38,544 nucleotides of DNA from a virus. Taxonomy: Duplodnaviria > Caudoviricetes. The stretch spans positions 1 through 38,544 of the IMG/VR virus record IMGVR_UViG_3300020045_015905; one strand, written 5' to 3'. The notes below the pieces were generated by a model. That model was given only the letters and a program-made list of their open reading frames with translations, was not told the origin of the DNA and made no database searches. Shown one piece after another: positions 34,599-38,544 of this stretch. Every line of letters starts with the position of its first letter. Position 1 is the first letter of the stretch. The translations under genes were made by a program, and so were the position numbers.

Positions 34599-34820
34599 TT
34601 ATTTGGCAATATGGCCAAGGATACCGACGAGAACCATTGTGAGACTGATTGACAACATGAGCTTGTTGTAGAGTTTTACCATTGCTTTAGTCATGTATTT
34701 TTTGCCTTTGTTGGTCTTTTTCATCCCAGTTGAAAGTTTGATTGTATTACGTTTTTCCATTTTTTCGAGTGACTCTTTGGTGTAAACACCTTGAGCGTAT
34801 TCCTTATAAACTTGTTCCAT
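34599..34820 (-). CDS. Small protein with a C-terminal hydrophobic helix
   Basis: First ORF after the consensus promoter at 34894-34922. Confidence 0.6.
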   Translation of the reverse strand: MEQVYKEYAQGVYTKESLEKMEKRNTIKLSTGMKKTNKGKKYMTKAMVKLYNKLMLSISLTMVLVGILGHIAK

Positions 34821-34893
34821 ATATTTGTATTTATGTTTGTTTTGAATAAATTTGTTTTTGCCTTATTTTGAGGCTTTATTTTATTATACTTAT

Positions 34894-34943
34894 ATTATAC
34901 CATACTTTTTGACTTTTGTCAAGTTTTTGGCAAGTTATCCACA
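34894..34943 (-). promoter_or_regulatory. Consensus sigma70 promoter with an adjacent DnaA box
   Basis: TTGACA(34922-34917)-17 nt-TATAAT(34899-34894) with extended TG; TTATCCACA at 34935-34943. Confidence 0.85.
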
Positions 34944-35095
34944 GGGGAGGTTTTTACCGAGGTAGAGACCCAGGTTCGGCTCTTTCCGAGCAATCTACCC
35001 ACCTCCCGGGTGGTATAACCAGCCTTATACAGCTCTTTTGCACTCATTTTGAGTGATTCCAGCCTCTCCCTCTTCGTTCGTCCTAGTTTAGGCAT
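34919..35095 (-). CDS. 58-aa helix-turn-helix regulator
   Basis: MPKLGRTKRERLESLKMSAKELYKAGYTTREVGRLLGKSRTWVSTSVKTSPVDNLPKT, translated by hand; lies between two promoters. Confidence 0.8.
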   Translation of the reverse strand: MPKLGRTKRERLESLKMSAKELYKAGYTTREVGRLLGKSRTWVSTSVKTSPVDNLPKT

Positions 35096-35122
35096 ATTCA
35101 GTGTTTATTTGATTATGCATGT

Positions 35123-35151
35123 ATTATACCATACTGTCAGACTTTTGTCAA
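35123..35151 (-). promoter_or_regulatory. Consensus sigma70 promoter, near-duplicate of 34894-34922
   Basis: TTGACA(35151-35146)-17 nt-TATAAT(35128-35123) with extended TG. Confidence 0.85.
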
Positions 35152-35159
35152 GTTTTAGA

Positions 35160-35214
35160 GGCTATTTTGAGACTTTAGACGTCTAAAATAAGGCTAAATA
35201 GGTACAAAATAAGG
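35160..35214. repeat. Phased AAAATAAGG-like repeats, candidate operators
   Basis: AAAATAAGG at 35185 and 35206, AAATAGG at 35196, inverted CTATTTTGAG at 35162; related CCTTATTTTGAG at 34861. Confidence 0.5.
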
Positions 35215-35229
35215 ATAATTAGACGCTTT

Positions 35230-36510
35230 TTAGAAGCTAATTTTGTCCTGTAATTCACTCAAAACGTCCTCCATACGGAGGTTTGTACGGTCAAAATCGA
35301 TCTTAAAGTCCTGCCCTTTCTCACTATGGCGACTTTTTACTACCCGGCAACGAAGTTCACGGGCAATCTGGAAATTGGTCTGAAGCATTCCCTTGCCGAT
35401 TTTCTCCTCTTTTTCGTAGAGATACAGGGCAAGGTCGGCTTCATCGGCCAGAGCCTTGGCCCAGGCGACGTTTTCCACCTTGATTTTGCCCCCCTGAGAG
35501 GAAGCTTTGTCCACCTGGGCCGGTGTAAGCACAGGAATTTCATTAGTTAGAGCAAAATTTTTGAGGTTTTGAGCGATTGTTTTCATTTTTATGGTCTCAG
35601 ATTCCTTGCTTTTATCGGCCAGACGTTGCACGTAGTCGACCATAACGATGTCCACTTCCCCACTCAGCTTTCGATTGTAGGCCTCAGAAATGACGTCCTG
35701 TGAGGTTATTGACCCCCGGTGGACAACTGTGATGGGTAACGACTTAAAACGCTCCACAGTGCCCCTCAAATCAGTTTTAGCGAGCGTTCTGTTCTTAACT
35801 TCCATGGCGTTCACGTTCCCGTAAATAGAGACAAACTTATCATTGAGCTGGTTAGCGGTCATTTCCAAAGAGAAAAACAGGACTTTCTTCTTCATTTTGG
35901 CCATTTGAATAGCCATGTTCAAGAGCAATGTTGTTTTTCCCACGTTCGTATCAGCCATGATAAGGGCAAAATCTGAGGGAGTGATTCCACCAATGGCATT
36001 GTCGATGGTCCAGATTCCTGTTTTTATGAAGTTTGGAGGCAGATCATAATCCCGATACCAGTTTTCAATGAGATCAGGATTGGCCGTTGTTTCGTACGGG
36101 TTGCCCGTAGAGCTTTGAATCAGCAGATGTTTGAGGTCCCCAAGCACGGATGGGAGCTCTTCATCGTAAATCCTTTGCATTCCAATTTCGAGGCCTTGTA
36201 AAACCACCCGACGCAAATGTTTTTCTTTTAGAATTTTGGCGTGGTTTTTGATATTGAATGAGGTGGCCACAGAGTTGGCGAGTTCCACCAGGTACGAGCG
36301 TTTTATATCGGTATTTTTTTCCTCCAGGTATGCGGCCAAGGAAGTGAGGTCTGGCCGTTCGATTGCTTTCATGGCAGAGTAAATCACTTGGTGCCGGCTA
36401 TCATAGAAAACTTCAGGATTGATTGGCGCTTTAAATTTTGCCTCAGGGTCTTGAATGATCGCCCCCAGGTAGGCTTTCTCGGTTTCGATTGACGCAGGTA
36501 TTTCTCTCAT
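35230..36510 (-). CDS. dnaB: DnaB-like replicative helicase
   Basis: P.S.E.E.A.LG and FYD.RHQ.IY N-domain; Walker A ADTNVGKT, FFSLEM, VMVDYVQ, AQ, DAD, KSRH. Confidence 0.93.
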   Translation of the reverse strand: MREIPASIETEKAYLGAIIQDPEAKFKAPINPEVFYDSRHQVIYSAMKAIERPDLTSLAAYLEEKNTDIKRSYLVELANSVATSFNIKNHAKILKEKHLRRVVLQGLEIGMQRIYDEELPSVLGDLKHLLIQSSTGNPYETTANPDLIENWYRDYDLPPNFIKTGIWTIDNAIGGITPSDFALIMADTNVGKTTLLLNMAIQMAKMKKKVLFFSLEMTANQLNDKFVSIYGNVNAMEVKNRTLAKTDLRGTVERFKSLPITVVHRGSITSQDVISEAYNRKLSGEVDIVMVDYVQRLADKSKESETIKMKTIAQNLKNFALTNEIPVLTPAQVDKASSQGGKIKVENVAWAKALADEADLALYLYEKEEKIGKGMLQTNFQIARELRCRVVKSRHSEKGQDFKIDFDRTNLRMEDVLSELQDKISF

Positions 36511-37271
36511 ACTTCGATTTGTTCTTTCCAGCCTGGAATTTCATTCCAGCTTTCGGCGATAGTCGCTAATTTAATTTTTCCCCAGCCTTTAAAATCAGCA
36601 TAGGCCTTGGCCACGGTGATTCTCAATTTTATTTCTGCCTCGATTTTTTTAAAATCCTCCCCATAGTATTCTTTGGCACAAGTAACCATTTCCTCGATTG
36701 CACGCCGATATTTGAAAAAGAGATTTGATTTCGGAACATTGAACGTGTCAGCATAGTGCACAGCCACCGCCGTGATTACTTTGAGCGGAGTTTTTGACTT
36801 TGAAGCCGTTGGTTCTTTACGTTCACCAAGTTCATCAAGTTCAATTGTTGTTTCTTGATATTTTTTCATAGGTTTTTTGGTTTTTCTCTGTGGAGCGATA
36901 GCGACTTCACATAGAGATTTCTTCTTATTATTTAAATCCTTCTTACTTAGCAGTGCAGTTTTTGCACAGTGCAGTTTTTGCACTGTGGCTTTTTTTTGCG
37001 GTGTTGAGAAAAGTAAGTATTGAATCCTTCCAGTATTTTCTCGCTTGCTTTCAAGGTATCCTGCTGCGATAAGTTCCCGGATAGCTTTACGAATAACGAA
37101 AATCCCCTCAGTGCCATTTTTAGCAATTCTATCGCAAGCAAATTGCCACCCATCCGGCTTTGAAGCAAGGTGAGAATAAACCCCTTTTGCTGTCCAACTT
37201 AGATTTTTATCATCCAATATTTTGTTTGGTATCACACTGAACGCAAAATCTACTTTTTTAAAGTTACCCAT
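36507..37271 (-). CDS. Phage replication initiator (N-terminal HTH, lambda O-like organisation)
   Basis: FSVIPN.IL.D..LSW.AKGVY..L.S.PDGW...IRELI.AGYL; ATGA-coupled to dnaB; internal repeats. Confidence 0.85.
   Translation of the reverse strand: MGNFKKVDFAFSVIPNKILDDKNLSWTAKGVYSHLASKPDGWQFACDRIAKNGTEGIFVIRKAIRELIAAGYLESKRENTGRIQYLLFSTPQKKATVQKLHCAKTALLSKKDLNNKKKSLCEVAIAPQRKTKKPMKKYQETTIELDELGERKEPTASKSKTPLKVITAVAVHYADTFNVPKSNLFFKYRRAIEEMVTCAKEYYGEDFKKIEAEIKLRITVAKAYADFKGWGKIKLATIAESWNEIPGWKEQIEV
36917..36987. repeat. Candidate replication origin inside the initiator gene
   Basis: Perfect tandem 16-mer CAGTGCAGTTTTTGCA at 36951-36966 and 36967-36982, next to an AT-rich tract at about 36917-36950. 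Confidence 0.7.
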
Positions 37272-37283
37272 AAAATTGACAAT

Positions 37284-37372
37284 AAAAAAAACTCCTTGAG
37301 TCTGGACTTGCTTTGGCTAATCACAGCCAAGGGGTGCGTCACCGCAAGCCCAGTCCAGACTTAAAGAGTTTT
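37284..37372 (-). ncRNA. P4 CI / P1 C4-like antisense RNA candidate
   Basis: About 20-bp stalk, 5-nt bulge, minor and major hairpins, U8 tail; UGUGAUUA at the major loop is complementary to upstream UAAUCACA (37387-37380). Confidence 0.65.
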
Positions 37373-37400
37373 AAAATTGTGTGATTATTTAAGCAATTGA

Positions 37401-37429
37401 ATTATATCATAATTACCTAGAAAAAGCAA
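37401..37429 (-). promoter_or_regulatory. Sigma70 promoter for the replication operon
   Basis: TTGCTT(37429-37424)-17 nt-TATAAT(37406-37401) with extended TG. Confidence 0.8.
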
Positions 37430-37505
37430 GAACTGGACACCGAGCCGTAGCCAAGTTGAGCGTCCTTGCTTTTCCCATCCTCAGGTTTGAGAAGGTAAGT
37501 TTGAG
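37420..37505 (-). ncRNA. Candidate small structured RNA / attenuator
   Basis: CUCA-aacc-UGAG hairpin, then AAAAGCAAG...CUUGCUUUU enclosing a C(UACG)G-capped stem; no ORF. Confidence 0.45.
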
Positions 37506-37510
37506 GGGTA

Positions 37511-37539
37511 ATTATACCATTTTTAAAGAACTTTGCCAA
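37511..37539 (-). promoter_or_regulatory. Sigma70 promoter
   Basis: TTGGCA(37539-37534)-17 nt-TATAAT(37516-37511) with extended TG. Confidence 0.75.
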
Positions 37540-37545
37540 GTCCTA

Positions 37546-38490
37546 TTACTTTTTCTTTTGTAAAACCACCGTTGCTTGACGAACCAACTCAAGGGCTGAT
37601 TGCAAAATCAGATTTGCTTCATCAGTCTTGAGTTTTGGAACTTCCACCTCTGCCAATTTCTTTGCATAGGCAACGAGCTTGTCTCGATCTGGTGCCATTT
37701 CTGCCTGTCTTTTTTCCTCAAGCTCTTTGTCTTTTTGTTCATCTAATTTTCGTTGTTGCTCTCTTTTTTCAGCCTCTAATTTTGCCCTTGCCTCTGCTTC
37801 TTTTTCTGCTTTTGCTTTGGCTTCGGCTAGGATTTTATTTTGTTTTTTGCGTTCCTTTTCACGTTCTAACTCCATTGCCTCTGCTTCTTTTTTGAGTCTC
37901 TCATTTTCAATTCGCATTTCCTCTCTTGCGATAGCTTCCTTTTTTTCATTTTCAATTCTTGCAATTTCAGCCTCTTCCTCTGCTTTTTTTCTTGCCTCAA
38001 ATGCAAACTTTGAATTTTCAAGCAACTGTGCAAAACCACTCTCAGTCATATTTTTTAAATCGTAACACGAGACGTCGTTGACATATTGTGATAATGCTTC
38101 GACTCTTTCCTGTTTGATTTTTTCCAGTTTTTCTGCTTCGAGAAGTTCAAAATGCTTTTCAATTTTTTCAAGAGTTCCCTCTTTTTCAATTGCTGCAAAT
38201 TCTTGTGCATTTTTCCAAGCGTCCACTAATCTTCCACCTGCCAGATAATAGGCCTTTGCTTTCTTGTGGATATCTTTGGTATCAGTTCTCACTCTCACAA
38301 GTTTCAAACGTAATTCTCGTGCTTTTGCACAAACCTCTGGGCTGATGGATTCCTTGACGATTTCATTATATTCATTTTCCAGCTCTGTCATTTTTTCAAG
38401 CATTGGAATGAAAACCGATTGGATTTGTTCAGCTTCTTTTTTCTCGATCCCATATTCCTGTGGATCAAGAATTATTAAAGTTTTATCCAT
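37546..38490 (-). CDS. Coiled-coil phage early protein
   Basis: ARELRLKLVRVRT....HKK.K..YL..GR.VD N-domain, long E/K/A/R coiled coil, APDRDKL C-terminus. Confidence 0.8.
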   Translation of the reverse strand: MDKTLIILDPQEYGIEKKEAEQIQSVFIPMLEKMTELENEYNEIVKESISPEVCAKARELRLKLVRVRTDTKDIHKKAKAYYLAGGRLVDAWKNAQEFAAIEKEGTLEKIEKHFELLEAEKLEKIKQERVEALSQYVNDVSCYDLKNMTESGFAQLLENSKFAFEARKKAEEEAEIARIENEKKEAIAREEMRIENERLKKEAEAMELEREKERKKQNKILAEAKAKAEKEAEARAKLEAEKREQQRKLDEQKDKELEEKRQAEMAPDRDKLVAYAKKLAEVEVPKLKTDEANLILQSALELVRQATVVLQKKK

Positions 38491-38499
38491 ATAAAATTA

Positions 38500-38544
38500 T
38501 TATGTATTTGAATAACGTTTTTTACACAGCATGATCACTTCCTC
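38500..38544 (-). CDS. C-terminal fragment of a gene entering from the right edge
   Basis: Reads EEVIMLCKKRYSNT-stop, ending 9 nt before the next ATG. Confidence 0.5.
   Translation of the reverse strand, partial: EEVIMLCKKRYSNT

Noticed and set aside
83-38494. All plus-strand ORFs in the track (for example 9085-9588, 19363-19860, 22545-23027, 32522-32827)
   Set aside because: They are antisense shadows of well-supported minus-strand genes with no recognisable motifs; 32522-32827 overlaps two better minus-strand micro-ORFs.
1-38544. CRISPR array, integrase/att site, diversity-generating retroelement, stop-codon reassignment
   Set aside because: No regularly spaced repeats, no tyrosine/serine recombinase or RT motifs, and core genes are full length in code 11 with TAA, TAG and TGA all used as stops.

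Overview
This window looks like an almost complete ~38.5-kb tailed dsDNA phage genome (siphovirus-like, with a Mu-like head module). Every credible gene is on the minus strand. Read in transcription order (right to left) it carries: a replication module (HTH initiator with internal iterons, DnaB helicase); an accessory region rich in tiny Cys/zinc-ribbon ORFs, plus an SLT lytic transglycosylase, a secreted cohesin-like protein, VRR-NUC and NinG-like nucleases and a TM2 protein; two DNA methyltransferases, the C5 enzyme with a nested out-of-frame beta-type ORF; terminase, portal, MuF, Com-like, protease, capsid, neck and tail genes with a -1 frameshifted tail chaperone; a papain-like putative endolysin and holin; and an early operon (DenV-like glycosylase, PD-(D/E)XK nuclease, SSB) that appears to continue across the window ends. 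I found no integrase, tRNA, CRISPR array or reverse transcriptase. Mostly SD-less AT-rich leaders, the cohesin-like protein and the endolysin C-terminal module point to a Patescibacteria (CPR) host using genetic code 11; this is inference. The most unusual signal is a layer of candidate structured RNAs: (i) a ~214-nt multi-hairpin element closed by a 20-bp stem linking the stop codon of one zinc-finger micro-ORF to the SD/start of the next, (ii) a P4 CI / P1 C4-like antisense-RNA architecture in front of the replication genes, and (iii) several promoter-short RNA-terminator units. All product calls come from motif recognition by eye, with no database searches.
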